Positions 12,863 to 24,890 of a stretch of 64,000 bases of DNA are shown piece by piece. Origin of the DNA: the human T2T-CHM13v2.0 reference genome, Homo sapiens; assembly GCF_009914755.1 (NCBI RefSeq), contig NC_060926.1; one strand, 5' to 3'. Made by a program: the position numbers and the translations under genes. Position 1 is the first letter of the stretch; every line of letters starts with the position of its first letter. The notes under the pieces are model-generated. The model saw only the letters and a list, made by a program, of their open reading frames with translations, searched no databases and had not been told where the DNA came from.

Positions 12863-13040
12863 TGCTGTGCTGTGAATATTGCTGTCCCTCCAGAATTCCT
12901 AGGTTGGAACCTCATCCCCATTGTGTTGGTATTAAGAGGTGGGGCCCTTGGGAGGAGATTGGTTCCACCCTCATGAATGGGATTAGTGCCCTTATTAAAA
13001 AGGCCTCGCAGAGCTTCTACCTCCTCCAGCACGTGAGGAC
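12863..13040 (+). mobile_element. MSTD/MLT1A-like LTR, 5' half
   Basis: GTGTTGGTATTAAGAGGTGGGGCC...CCCTCATGAATGGGATTAGTGCCCTTAT...GTGAGGAC. Confidence 0.75.
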
Positions 13041-13044
13041 TCCA

Positions 13045-13319
13045 CTCCCTGAGCCAGGACTGTGACACCCTCTTTAGGACTCTGCAGTTCCTGGCATCTT
13101 TAAGCTTCTGGGCGCCACTGGACCCCACGCTCACTCGCTCACACACCCCTCGCCACTCTGCTCGCCTTTGGCAGGCCTGGGATCCAGGCCAGTAGCACGA
13201 GCTGAGCACAGCCTTCCAGGCTGAGTGGGCCCAGCGGGCCTGAGCAAAACTCAGGCAAAGGCACCACTGGCCACAGAGGTTTCCAGCTGGTGAAGCGACA
13301 CCCCAAGGATCCCATAACA
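13045..13319 (+). mobile_element. MER52 (ERV1 LTR) 3' end with an internal deletion
   Basis: GACTGTGACACCCTCTTT...GAGCAAAACTCAGGCAAAGGCACCACTGGCCACAGAGGTTTCC...GCGACACCCCAAGGATCCCATAACA. Confidence 0.75.
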
Positions 13320-13481
13320 ATAGGATTTAGGGCCTACCCCAAAATCCAGTTGCAAACTTACATCTGCAAAACCTTAACTTACATCTGCAAATACCCTATT
13401 TCTAAATAAGTTCACATTCGCAGGTCCTGGGGATTAGGACTTCAACATATCTTTTTGGGGGACACCATTCAACCCATGACC
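13320..13481 (-). mobile_element. MLT1 (B/C-like) LTR, 5' part
   Basis: GGATTTAGGGCCTACCC...CTTACATCTGCAAATACCCTATTTCTAAATAAG...GGGGGACACCATTCAACCCATGAC. Confidence 0.8.
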
Positions 13482-14339
13482 CTGGGTGTCTGAGCAAACA
13501 TCCCTGCACAAAGAACATTGCAGACAGCTGGAGCCTTTCCCTCGTGGATGCAGAGGCACCCCGTCTGTCCAAAGCTGCTTTCACAGGAGAAATCCTGTTA
13601 AAGGCCTCATTCCCTCTTGCAATCCCTCAGTATTACTCGTCCTGGAACATCTGAACCTCTGCTCATGACATCTTACGTTTTGGCTAATTAGGTTTTCTGG
13701 TTATACAGCAGTAATCAGCAGACACAATGAAACCTTCAGGAAGTGACGTAAAAGGCACAGGGACCGGGGTTGGAAGACGGCTCCAGCCATTTTCTCTGTG
13801 ATTTCTCTTGCCTGAAGCGGTTGTTTTTGGCAGTTTGGTGCATGGGGACCCTCGCCTAGCCCTGTAAGGGAAAGAGTCCAGCTCCCTCCTCATCCCCCTT
13901 GGAATCACTAAACCAAATGCATTGAGCTTCCCCAAGAGTCTTGCAACACCAAAAGCGTGTGCTTGTGGCCTGTGAATTCCTTTTTATTCCTAACCACCCA
14001 ACTCCTCCTTATTCGCAGAATGGATCTTCCTGCCTTCCCCAAGCTTCACTCGCCCTGACGCTTCCTCTTTGGCAACTTATGCGGCATAAAACTCGCAGAG
14101 GAGACAGGCACCTGGGCCTCACACCTGCGCCACTAACCATGTCAGAGTGGGCAGTAGCCCCACTCACCTGTCAAGCTGCTCTTGGTCGGGGAGGGTCATC
14201 CCGGCAGCCCCTGAATGGAAGGGCTTGTCTGCTCCTCTCCCTTCCTTGTACAGGCATCTGAGGGTGCACCCACATCGACCACACCCACCCTCAACAACCT
14301 CCATCAATTTTTAGGGAAGGCAAAATTTGTGTTCCCGGT

Positions 14340-14532
14340 TGTCCTTTGCCACAGGCTCCAACGTGGCTCAGGCTCTTCCTAATCCCGTCTTCCTTTCAAA
14401 TGTTGATATTTTGGCCATCAGACATTTTATTTTGCATTTGGTCTTTTGAAATATTGCAGTAAGATACTATTTATCATGAATCTCTAGTTTTTTGATGCCC
14501 CTTTAACTTTGTGCCCGAGCCCCTCACTCTAG
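14340..14532 (+). mobile_element. MER96B fragment
   Basis: TTTGCCACAGGCTCCAA...TTGATATTTTG...AAATATTGCA...TATTTATC...GCCCCTTTAACTTTGTGCCCGAG. Confidence 0.6.
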
Positions 14533-16511
14533 ATATTATCTTAAACCATAAACTTTTTATGGCTTAAAAAACAATGTCTGGGACAGCAAGGACAATCCCA
14601 CTCTAGGGTGCTGTTGAGCATGGGGAGGAGGAGGCTGGTATAGGGAATGAGCATTTATTATAGCTTGATGTGCTTAGTGAGCCCTCAGTCGTGGGCTAGC
14701 CCCTGGGGACAGGGAGATGTGACAAGTCCCGGCCCCAAAGGGTCCGGAGCAGGTGAGGGGGTGGATGCAAAGATGAAAGGCAGCTACGGAAGTGTGCACT
14801 GGAGGCAGCCAGGCCAGGAGAGGACAAAGGGTCCCTTCTGCTGGAGGGAACGTCCCCTAGGGCACACGGGTGTGGGCAGCTTAGGCTGGGGCTTCTCAGG
14901 GCAGGGGCCGCAGAGGGTGGAGGAGGGGCTGGCAGCTGGGGCAGCAGCCCCTGGCCCTGGAGCCAACACATGCAGGCCTCTTCCCAACCCTGTGTTCACC
15001 GACCTCACAGGAGATTCCAGTGGGGATAGCAGGATAGATCGTGGAGACTGGAGTACACTAAAATTCCCGCAGCTGCTGCTGTTGCTGTTTCAGGGGCCTG
15101 GTTTACAGCACGGCACGGGCAGCAGGCCCAGCCTTGGGCATGGGTAGTACCCTGAGAGCCTGGGGCAGGGACCAATATGGGCTTTAAAGAAGTCAGGGAT
15201 TCTTGAGGAGGACTTAGTGATGGTTCTCCCAGACCAGCACCAGGGAGGCCAGATGGGGTCAGCATCAAGAGCCCGGCAAAGTCATGGGAGCGTGAACCTA
15301 GGCAGGGGAACACTGACAGTGGCCAAGGCCAGGTGGCACCTGCCAGGCAGCCCCCAATATGGCCCCGTGTCTGTCTTCACAGCAACCTGAGAGAAGCATG
15401 TCATCCTCGCCTGCAGCTCACAGCTGAGGAGCTGAGATGCGGGAGGGTCAGCAGCCTGCCCAGGGGAGCACACTCAAATATGGCACAGGTGGTCAGCAAG
15501 CCATCCAGGGAAAGCTTCTAAAAGCTCTCAGAGAGGATAAAGAGGCCACTCAACAAGAACAAAAACCGGAGTGGCATCAAATGGCTCAGCAGCAACCCTG
15601 GACCCAAGAAGACACTGGAATAACACCTGCCAGGTGTGAGTGATTTTCCTGCAGAAAATCGTTTTGAACCTAGAATTCTAACCCAGCCAAACAACAGACA
15701 TCTCACATGTAGCATCAATAATCCATTCCCCCAAATCAGCCATTCTGCATGAAAATGCTACCTGGGAACCTACTTTCTATTATTTTAAAAGGAATAATTA
15801 TACTGTATTATATATCAATCTTACTGCCCCCCCTACTTTTCCAAAATGAGATAAAACATGATGGAACCTCTGTATATTAGTAACGAATCATGTTTGAGTA
15901 TAAAATATAGACAGCCCATCCTAGTCATGAACAATCAGCCTGGCTGTGCACGCATGGCTGCTGTATGGACTGGGATGCTTCTGAACCAGCTGTCTCCAAG
16001 TCCCACACCCTTTGCTAATGTGCTGGCATTCTACCTGTTGTATGTGGAATGTAATTCAATCGTTTTACTTAAAATTGCAAATTGCATTTTGAGAATAGTG
16101 ATGTAACTTTTTCCTGTACACACAAACATCCACTGAAAAACTGATATATTTCAAGACATAAGTTCTACCAACTTGTGATTAAAATCCAAGAGATAGTCAC
16201 CAGGAAAGCATTAGCCAGGGAGATATCTAGGGGGCATGCCCTACATAGCTAGCAATCAATCAATCAATCAATGAGTAAGGGAAAGTAAATAAAGAATGAA
16301 GACATGTTCAGATACACAAAGTCTCAGAGTGTGTTCTTCCCAGGTACTGTTTGAATAAGAAATCATGTGATGATGTAAATATATTAATACATAATTTTTA
16401 TATTATATCAAAATACAAATATGTAAAAGTTATGCTATATATAAAGCAGCATTTATATAAATTACATCAATAAAGGAAGAACACATTGTTATGTGATTTC
16501 TTATTCATCTT

Positions 16512-17482
16512 TTCTTCTTTCTTTATTGATATAATTTATAGAATGCTATAAAATTCTCTATTTTAAAGTGTGCAGTTCAGTAGCTATTTATGAGATTGTA
16601 CAATCGTCACCACTAACTCCAGAACATTTTCATCACCCTAAAACAAAATTCCACATCAACAGGTGCTCCCCATGCCTCCTCCCCACCCATCCCCTGACAA
16701 ACACTAACCTATTTTCTGTCTCTATAGATTTGCCTATGCTGGATATTTCAAATAAATGGAATCATAAAATCTGTGGCCCTTTGTGTCTGGCTTCTTTGAC
16801 TTAGCATAATTTTTTGGGGGGCTCGTCCGTGTTGTAGCATGATTCAGTGCTTCATTCCTTTCTCTGTTCATCTGCTGGTGGACATTTGGGTTGTTTTCCC
16901 TTCGTGGCTCTTAAGAGTAATGCTACTAGAAACATTTGCGTACAAGCTTTTATGTGGACATATGTCTTCAGTTCTCTCTGGTATATTCCTAAGAAAGAAA
17001 TTGCTGGGTTATATGGTAGTTCCATGTCTGAGGTTTTTAGGAACTACCAGACTGTTTTCCAAAGTGGCTGCACCGTGTTGCATTCCCAGCAGCAATGGAT
17101 GAGGGTTCCCATTTCTCCACATCTTTGCACCAACAGTTGTTTTCCTTCTTCAATTATAGCCTGCCATTAATTTGCATTTCCCTAATGACTAATGACATTG
17201 AACATCTTTTCATGTGCTTATTGGCCATTCATATGTCTTCCTTGGAGAAATGTCTATTCAAATCCTTTGTCCAGTCTTTAATCGGCTTCTGTGTCTTTTT
17301 CTTATAGAATTATGAGAGTTCTTTCAATATTCTGGAGACTAGGTCCTTAAGAGACATATGATTGCAAATATTTTCTCTTACTATAGGTTGTCTTTTCACT
17401 TTTTCAATAGTGTCCTTTAGCATACAGAAGTTTTTAATCATAATGAAGCCTAATTTACGTATTTTTCCTTGATCGCTTGTGC
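16512..17482 (-). mobile_element. L1MB 3' end
   Basis: CCAGAACATTTTCATCACCC...TTTCTGTCTCTATAGATTTGCCTATGCTGGA...AAATGGAATCATA...TTTGCATTTCCCTAATGACTAATGA...GGAGAAATGTCTATTCAAATCC. Confidence 0.92.
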
Positions 17483-17611
17483 TAAGGATGTGTTCTTGAA
17501 AAATGAAGTAAAGTCCAACAGAACAAGAAAATATGTGGGACACAACCCAGGAGAGAAAAGATGAAGACACCAAGGGCACAGATGTGCAGCCATCTGGCAA
17601 GCAGCTCCCCA

Positions 17612-17722
17612 GACGGAAGCAAGACGACACAGGCTCCAGAAGCATCGTGACGGAAGCAAGAAGACACAGGTTCCAGAAGCATCGTGACGGAAGCAAGAAG
17701 ACACAGGTTCCGGAAGCATTGT
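17612..17722. repeat. Tandem repeat, 37-bp unit x 3
   Basis: GACGGAAGCAAGAAGACACAGGTTCCAGAAGCATCGT at 17612, 17649, 17686. Confidence 0.95.
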
Positions 17723-18181
17723 AGAGAAGGAGGGTTAGACGTCAGGCACCCTTGAGATTCTTAAAGAACTCACTGAGTGATAAAGACAGACAATGTGAGA
17801 AATAAAAGGCAATTAAAAGTCCTAGGAAAACAAATAGCTAGACCATAGAGGAAATGATATCATGAGTCTGGAATAGATAATGTAATGTAATAAAGTTTCA
17901 ATTAAAGAATATAAATGACTTTTTTGGTCTCACAATAAATATTTACATAGTCACAATAAGATAAACACTCCTGGTTTTAACATTTTAGGTTTTAAACTTT
18001 TGGGTGGAGAAGACTTAGTTATAATTTCAGAGCAGAATGCAAATGTCATCCACCTTGATGAGTGAAAGTAAGATGTCATTCGGCAGAGGCTGGGAGAAAG
18101 AAAGGTGGAAAGCGGTGAAGAGTGGGGCAGGGGAGCAAAGATCTTCATCCTACAAAGCGGGAACTCTAGAAATAAGGGTGA

Positions 18182-18512
18182 GGCTGGGTGCAATGGCTCA
18201 CGCCTGTAATCCCAACACTTTGGGAGGCCGAGGCAGGTGGATTGCTTGAAGTCAGGAGTTCAAGACCAGCCTGGTCAACATGGTGAAACCCCATCTCTAC
18301 TAAAAATACAAAAAAAAAATTAGCCAGGCGTGGTGGCGCATGCTTGTAGTCCCAGCTATTCAGGAGGCTGAGGCAGGAGAATCGCTTGAACCCAGGAGGC
18401 GGAGGTTACTGTGAGCCAAGACTGCACCACTGCACAGCAAGACTCTGTCTCAAAAAAGAAAAGAAAGAAAGAAGAAAGAGACAGAGAGAAAGGAAGGAAG
18501 GAAAGAAGGGAG
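18182..18512 (+). mobile_element. AluS with a small right-arm deletion and GA-rich tail
   Basis: Dimeric Alu; CACTGCAC is joined directly to AGCAAGACTC (the CTCCAGCCTGGG segment is missing). Confidence 0.95.
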
Positions 18513-18889
18513 GAGTGAACAGAGGTTAGTGATGATTCTGGAGGGAAGATAGTCAATAAAAGAACTAAGCTCTGTGACACCATGATCAGAGGGTGTGAGG
18601 AATCCAAATTCTCTGCAGCCATCACAGGAAGACCTCAGAGCATGGCAACAGTAATGTAAACTTACCATCCCAATTCCAGACACAGTGCGCAGAAATCCGG
18701 AGGTCATCACCGGACAAACAAGAACCAAAAGAAGGAGTTCAAATAGCAAAAAGCAATCATCCCAGAGGGCAAGGCAAAGGTGAGGGACTTGGGGCCAAAA
18801 GATGGTTCTACTTATCCACTAATATAGCTTAACTATATGAATATATTGATTTCAGATGAAAGTACATACATTTTGACAACACTAGGACG

Positions 18890-19140
18890 TTAATAGAAAA
18901 AATGGACAAACCGAACAAAAAACTCACAATAAAGGAAATGCAAATGGTTATTAAACATGTGTGTTAATCTATTTAAATTAATGGAATACAAACAGGAGAG
19001 TAAATAGCATGCTTTGCCTATCAAAATTGCCAAGACTGCTAGAAATGATACTTAGTGCTGGTGAGCACGGGGTGAGACATGAACCAACAAATATCCAAGG
19101 AGAGAGTAAATCCATGCAGTGTTTCCAGAAAGCATGTTGG
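18890..19140 (+). mobile_element. L1ME ORF2 3' fragment
   Basis: AATAGAAAAAATGGACAAA...GGAAATGCAAATGG...AAACATG...AGTGCTGGTGAG. Confidence 0.6.
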
Positions 19141-19781
19141 CCTGGGCACCCTAGACTTGGGGCCACCTCCAGGAAACACCTTTGGGGAGTGCCATGGTGT
19201 TTTGGGACAAGCAGACTGATGTGTGGGTAAAGGGAGGGCTGGCCATCGAGGGGGCCCAAGGTGGGAAAGAACTCAGACCCCACTCCCCTGAGGGTCCACT
19301 CTTGGTCAGTCATTGCTATTGGGTGAGATAAATATTTACTCTCATTTTTAAGCCAAGAAGATTTTAGGTAATTTGTTATACAGCTATACACACACACACA
19401 TACACACACACGTATTTTATGTTTAGATCCATTAACATACGAATCTGTATACTGCATCTGAACACTTGCAGTCTTCCATCTGTTGCATTTCTTGTACCTA
19501 CTGAAACTTCAGTGGCTCCGTCTTTAGCCAGTGGAAGCCACTTTGGGTCAGCGCCTGAATCCTTTGGACGCAATCCCAGTTGACTTTGACAACTTCCTTG
19601 CCGTATTGTATGACTAGGCGTTCCAGGCTCAATGATACATTTCTGGACTCAGATTCAAAATCAGTAACTTCTCTAAAGATCACTAGTTTTGTTTTGTGGG
19701 AAATAATATTTCAAAACCACAGTGAGAGCTGCTAGGCTGGCCACACATTGAATCTAGACTTCTTCACTGAACAGAGCTAAG

Positions 19782-19783
<2 letters not shown>

Positions 19784-19815
<32 letters not shown>
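19784..19815. repeat. (GT)n microsatellite
   Basis: ~16 GT units. Confidence 0.95.
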
Positions 19816-19817
<2 letters not shown>

Positions 19818-21025
19818 ATGTGTACTACAGATAAAGGAACTCAAGTTAATAAGTTATATTTCCCATTTACATTCTGGACCACAGGGGTTTTTACTTAACC
19901 TCATTAATATCGCCATTACCTTTCTTCTACATGGTGAGCCCTGGCTCCTGGGGATGTAGGGAACGATAGAAGAGCCTGCATTTATTCACCTGCTTTCTTC
20001 CTCATTACACACACATGCCAGTCGCCTAATAACAATACTAATGCTGCCACCACCAACCATGATTAACAAAACCAGTTAGAAATGCGTGCATATGCTCTCC
20101 CCACTCACCATCCATTTTTAATCCTTTAATCTGCGCTGGCAGAGTAAATACCACTGCAGCTCATGCCCATTCCCCTTCACTCTTATTAGTTTGGGTTCCA
20201 CAAGTAAGTGTACATTTAATACTCACTTCCAGTTTTCATTGCAATGTCTTTCTGAAATTGTGATTTTTATTTTCTAAAGCCTATTTTCTAAAAGATTTCT
20301 TAGAAAGGACTCAGGAGAAAAATGTTCCATGAGTTCTTGCATGTCCGTGTCGATAAAAGTTAGTCTGTGTTTTAGGATTAAGTCATTATTGTTAGATGAA
20401 AGATGTTTGGCTTATGTTTTCTTTTCTTAAGAACATAAGCTTAAATATGTTACTCCATTTTTTCTGGCATAAAGAGTTGCTGTCTGATGATAAACTAATT
20501 TTATTTCTTCCATGGTCTACATTGTCCTTTTGCTCAGTCATTTGGCAAAGCATTATTTTCTTTTTCTTTCATATAGAGTAATTTCAGAAGACAATGCCTT
20601 TGGTTCATTATTCTAGGTCACAATCTCAGGAGTATGGTGTGCTCTTTCAATAAGTAGTTTCAAAACTTTTTTCTTCTGTTTCAGGAGCCTTTTCCTGAAG
20701 TGTAGTTTTCAGTATCGTTACGAGTCTTTGCTTAGGTTGTTGCTTTGTTGTCCTTTTAATTCAGAGATACTCATTATCAGTCTACTGGGTCATCTTTACC
20801 AACCGGCATTGTCAGTTTCTCACAAATCTTTTTCATCTCTTTTTCTGCTTTTTAAATTTTTAAAGCTTTTTTCTTTCAACTTTTTGTTGTTTTCTGAGGC
20901 ATTCTTTGTTGAGTTTGTTTACTCTTGTGTTTTTTTAGTTTAGTCTTCATTTCAGAAATGATTGTTTTCTTTAATTCTAATTTTCTCTTGAATTCTGTCA
21001 CTTCATTTCTGAGTGTTTTCATTAG

Positions 21026-21359
<334 letters not shown>

Positions 21360-22685
21360 TATGTTTTGTATCATTCTCTTCATGTCTTTTAACTCATTTT
21401 TAAGTAGCAGGCTACAATTCTCAGCTGTCTATGGGGATGTTTGTCTGTTGCGTCTTGATTGTCTATAGGGATATTATTCTCCTTTGCATCACAATTCCTT
21501 TCTGCTACTGTTTTCTTGTAGTGTTCAAGGTGTGATGCTTACTTGATGAGATTCCCAGGCTCTGCTTCCCTCTCCTCTTCAGCTCTGACGCTTCCAGGCT
21601 ACTCAAGTTAATTCCACTCTTGGCAGTCTTTTCTCAGGATGGGATCTGCCCTGGCCAGTTGTTTCCGAGAGTTTCTGCAGGCAAGACCTCTCTAGCTTCT
21701 TCCTCCCTCATCTTGGACCCTTTGCATGACCCAATATCAGAGTAGGCAAAATCTCACCCAATCTCAGCTGCTGCTCTTAAATTAACCCACGCTTTTTAAT
21801 GAATGTTTGTTTGTTGGCTACCTGGGGATTCTCCTATTCTTGAGTTTTTCAGATGTGGCCTTGCTTCCTGCCATCTCTTCTCCCACAAACTCCAGCATCG
21901 GCTACATCTTGGGGCTGTTGCTGGTTTGTCCTCACTGTTTCATACTTTAGGATCTGAAGTGATGCCTTGTCACCCGCGGTTCTGTGTATAATATCCACAG
22001 AGTTTGCTTTTGCAATCTAGTTTCTCTGTGTTTTATGTCAGCAGTGTGTTTCTATTATTATTATTTTAATGCCTGCATAGTGTAGACAGTATCCTGGAAT
22101 TTAGCTTTGTTGTTCTGTTGAGTAACTGAGGTGATCATTTGTAATGGTCAAATTGCCCATGCACAATTGCATGATCCCTGTGTGCTCCAGATATGGGAAT
22201 CCAAGAAAAATTCTCAGACCTCATGTAACCACAATTCAGGAAAACCTTTGAAAAAGATGCTCAAGGATTTCCAGTTAAGTACAAAGAAAGAACATGTGTG
22301 GTTATTTCTGATCGCACTTAAAAATCACACAAAAATGGCAGTAAGGGGATCATTAGCCAAAGGAGCAAAGCCAGAAGGATGAAGGGAATGAGAGCAGAGG
22401 CTCCAGCAGACAGGAGACCAAAGGATGGAGACCAAAAATAGATTCCCTCCAGAGATCAGGGAAACCTGAGAACAAGGTTTGCAGGTTTGCAGGCAGGGCT
22501 GGGAAAAAGAGAGGCAGAGAGTCAAGAAGAAATGAACCACTTTGTGCCTCAGTGCATCAGTAAGGTCCAGGAATCAAAGGTCTCTGGGACCTCTGCAGGG
22601 GGCGTGGATGGAGCCAAACCCAGCAGGGCTGGTTCGAGTGGGGGTAGGTATGGCCGAGAAGCAGTGAGGAGACTAGATCTCCTCC

Positions 22686-22921
22686 ACCAAACCCCATGTC
22701 CCCCAACACCACACCCCATGTGCCCCCACCACCCCAGCACATGACCAAGGAACACCACACCCCATGACCCACCCCCACACCACACCCCATGTCCCCCTCA
22801 CACCATACCCCATGTCCCCCCGACACCACACCCCGTGTCCCCCCCGACACCACACCCCGTGTCCCCCCCACACCACACCCCATGTCCCCCCACCATCCCA
22901 GCACATGACCAGGGAACACCC
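22686..22921. repeat. C-rich minisatellite, ~21-24-bp unit ACCACACCCCATGTCCCCC
   Basis: About 8 degenerate copies, plus a duplicated CCCAGCACATGACCA(A/G)GGAACACC block. Confidence 0.9.
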
Positions 22922-23006
22922 TGGAGAACATCCAGAGAACATCTGGAGATGCTGGGCCAGAGGAAGTCATCAAGTTCCTATGTAAAGACCCTGCACCCAT
23001 CCTGGT

Positions 23007-23349
23007 TGTTTTAGTCTGTTTTCGCGCTGCTGATAAAGACATACCCGAGACTGGGTAATTTGTAAAGAAAAAGAGGTTTAATGGACTCACAGTTCCATGT
23101 GGCTGGGAAGGCCTCACAATCATGATGAAAGACAAAAAGTGCATCTTACATGGTGGCAGACAAAAGAGAAGGAGAGCCAAGAAAAGCGGAAACCCCATAT
23201 AAAGTCATCAGACCTGGTGAGACTTATTCACTACCATGAGAACAGTATGATTTAATCATCTCCCACTGGGTCCCTCCCACAGCACGTGGGAATTATGGGA
23301 GCTACAATTCCAGAGGAGATTTGGGTGGGGACACAGCCAAACCATGTCA
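23007..23349 (-). mobile_element. THE1B solo LTR
   Basis: GCTGCTGATAAAGACATACCCGAGACTGGG...GGACTCACAGTTCC...GGGTGGGGACACAGCCAAACCATGTCA. Confidence 0.92.
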
Positions 23350-23589
23350 CCAAGGTTAAGGTGTCATACTGTAAACAGAGATATTTGGTAAAAGACTATA
23401 TACATATAGGTTTATAGACCTATATAGATTGTATATAAATGTAAAATAAATTTAATATCTCTATATAAGTATTAAATCATTTGTATAGAATTTATATATA
23501 AATTAGGGTGTGTGTGTGTCTGTGTGTGTAGGGTGTATATGTGTGGGGGGTGTGTATTAAATGGCAAGGTGTCTGGCTTCCGCCCACTA

Positions 23590-23712
23590 CCTGAACCTCA
23601 TTTTTTCATCTGTAAAATGGCGTTGTTGGCAGAAACCAACTCACAGGCTCACTGCAGGACTGAGTGAGTCAGTGTGGGAAAAGGGCTGGCATCTTCTGGG
23701 CGCTCAGTAAGG
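23590..23712 (+). mobile_element. MIR fragment
   Basis: CTGAACCTCATTTTTTCATCTGTAAAATGG core, GCGCTCAGTAA end. Confidence 0.7.
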
Positions 23713-24019
23713 GGAGGCTGTCAGGTCAGGGTCCAGGCAGAGGTGCCATGGGGCCCCCAGGAAGAGCAGGGCACCTGCTCACCTGCTCAGGGTCACCCAC
23801 AGCTCACTGGGTGAAGTTACTCCTGGGAACCACATTAGCTGACTGAGTTCATCAAAAGAACAGTTTTCTGGGATAATTTGGTTTGGAGCTGAGGCAGGAA
23901 AGAGGCCCGGCCTGCTGCTGTGTGGGGTCCACCCTGGAGGAAGCAATGGGAGCAGCTGCTATCCCCATGGTGGGGCAGGGGCTGTCAGGACCAGGGCTTA
24001 GAGCAGAGCAGTCAGGGGA

Positions 24020-24440
24020 TGGTATAATTTGGATGTTTGTCCCCTCCAAAACTCATGTTGAAATGTAATCCCAATCATTGGGGATCACACTGGTTTGAAT
24101 CATGGGGGTAGATTCCTCCTGAATGGCTTGGACCATCCCCGTGGTGATGAGGGAGTGCTCACTGAGTTCTCCTGAGAGCTGGTCATTTAAAGGTGTGGCA
24201 TCACCTCCTCTCGCCCCCAAACTCTCTTGCTCACTCCTGCATTTGCCATGTGACGTCCCTCTTCCCTCTTCGCCTTCTGCCATGATTGGAAGCTTCCTGA
24301 GGCCTCCCTAGAAACCAAGCAGATGGCAGCACCTTGCTCCCTGTGAAGCCTGCAGAGCTGTGAGCCAATCAAATCTCTTTGCTTTATAAATTACACAGTC
24401 TCAGGTGTTTTTTATAGCAGCACAAGAATGGCCTAATACA
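24020..24440 (+). mobile_element. MSTB solo LTR
   Basis: TGGTATAATTTGGATGTTTGTCCCCTCCAAAACTCATGTTGAAATG...AAGAATGGCCTAATACA; TSD GGGGA/GAGGA. Confidence 0.92.
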
Positions 24441-24526
24441 GAGGAGACATAGGAGACCTGGAAGAGGCTGATCCTGTGTTGGGGCAAGTGAGTGGCCTGG
24501 CTACACAACACGTGTGGATGGCAGGC

Positions 24527-24890
24527 TGCAGTGGATTGAACAGAGACCCACCCCAAAATATATGGCCAGGTCTTAACTCCTTAAACCTGTGCGTGTGACC
24601 GTATTTGGAGTAAGAGTCTTTGCAGATATAATTATGATCAGGATCTCAAGATGAGATCACCCTGGATTTAGGATGGGACCCAAATCCAATGACTGAGGTC
24701 CTTATGAGAGAAAGGAGAGGAGATTTGACGGTCTGACACACACAGGGGAAAAGGCCATGTGAAGAGGAGGCTGAGGTTGGAGTGATGCGGCCACAAGCCC
24801 AGGAAGCCAGGGGCCACCAGACACTGGAGGAGGCAGGAAGGATCCTCCTTTGGAGGGTACAAGATTTCTCCACCTTTGAGGCTGAAATAT
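24527..24890 (+). mobile_element. MLT1C LTR, 3'-truncated
   Basis: GTCTTTGCAGATATAATT...GGATCTCAAGATGAGATCACCCTGGATTTAGG...GGCCATGTGAAG...GGAGTGATGCGGCCACAAGCC. Confidence 0.85.

Larger units (their letters stand above)
16200..18800 (+). mobile_element. HAL1/old L1 ORF1-like remnant, interrupted by an L1MB, a 37-bp repeat and an Alu
   Basis: AAGACATGTTCAGATACACAAAGTCTCAGA (16300) resumes as AGGATGTGTTCTTGAAAAATGAAG (17484) and CAGAAATCCGGAGGTCATCACC (18690); highly diverged. Confidence 0.45.

Noticed and set aside
23007-23349. PRDM9 hotspot motif in THE1B
   Set aside because: The homologous position reads CCTTCCCAGCCAC on the minus strand, not CCTCCCTAGCCAC; THE1C at 37863 also lacks it
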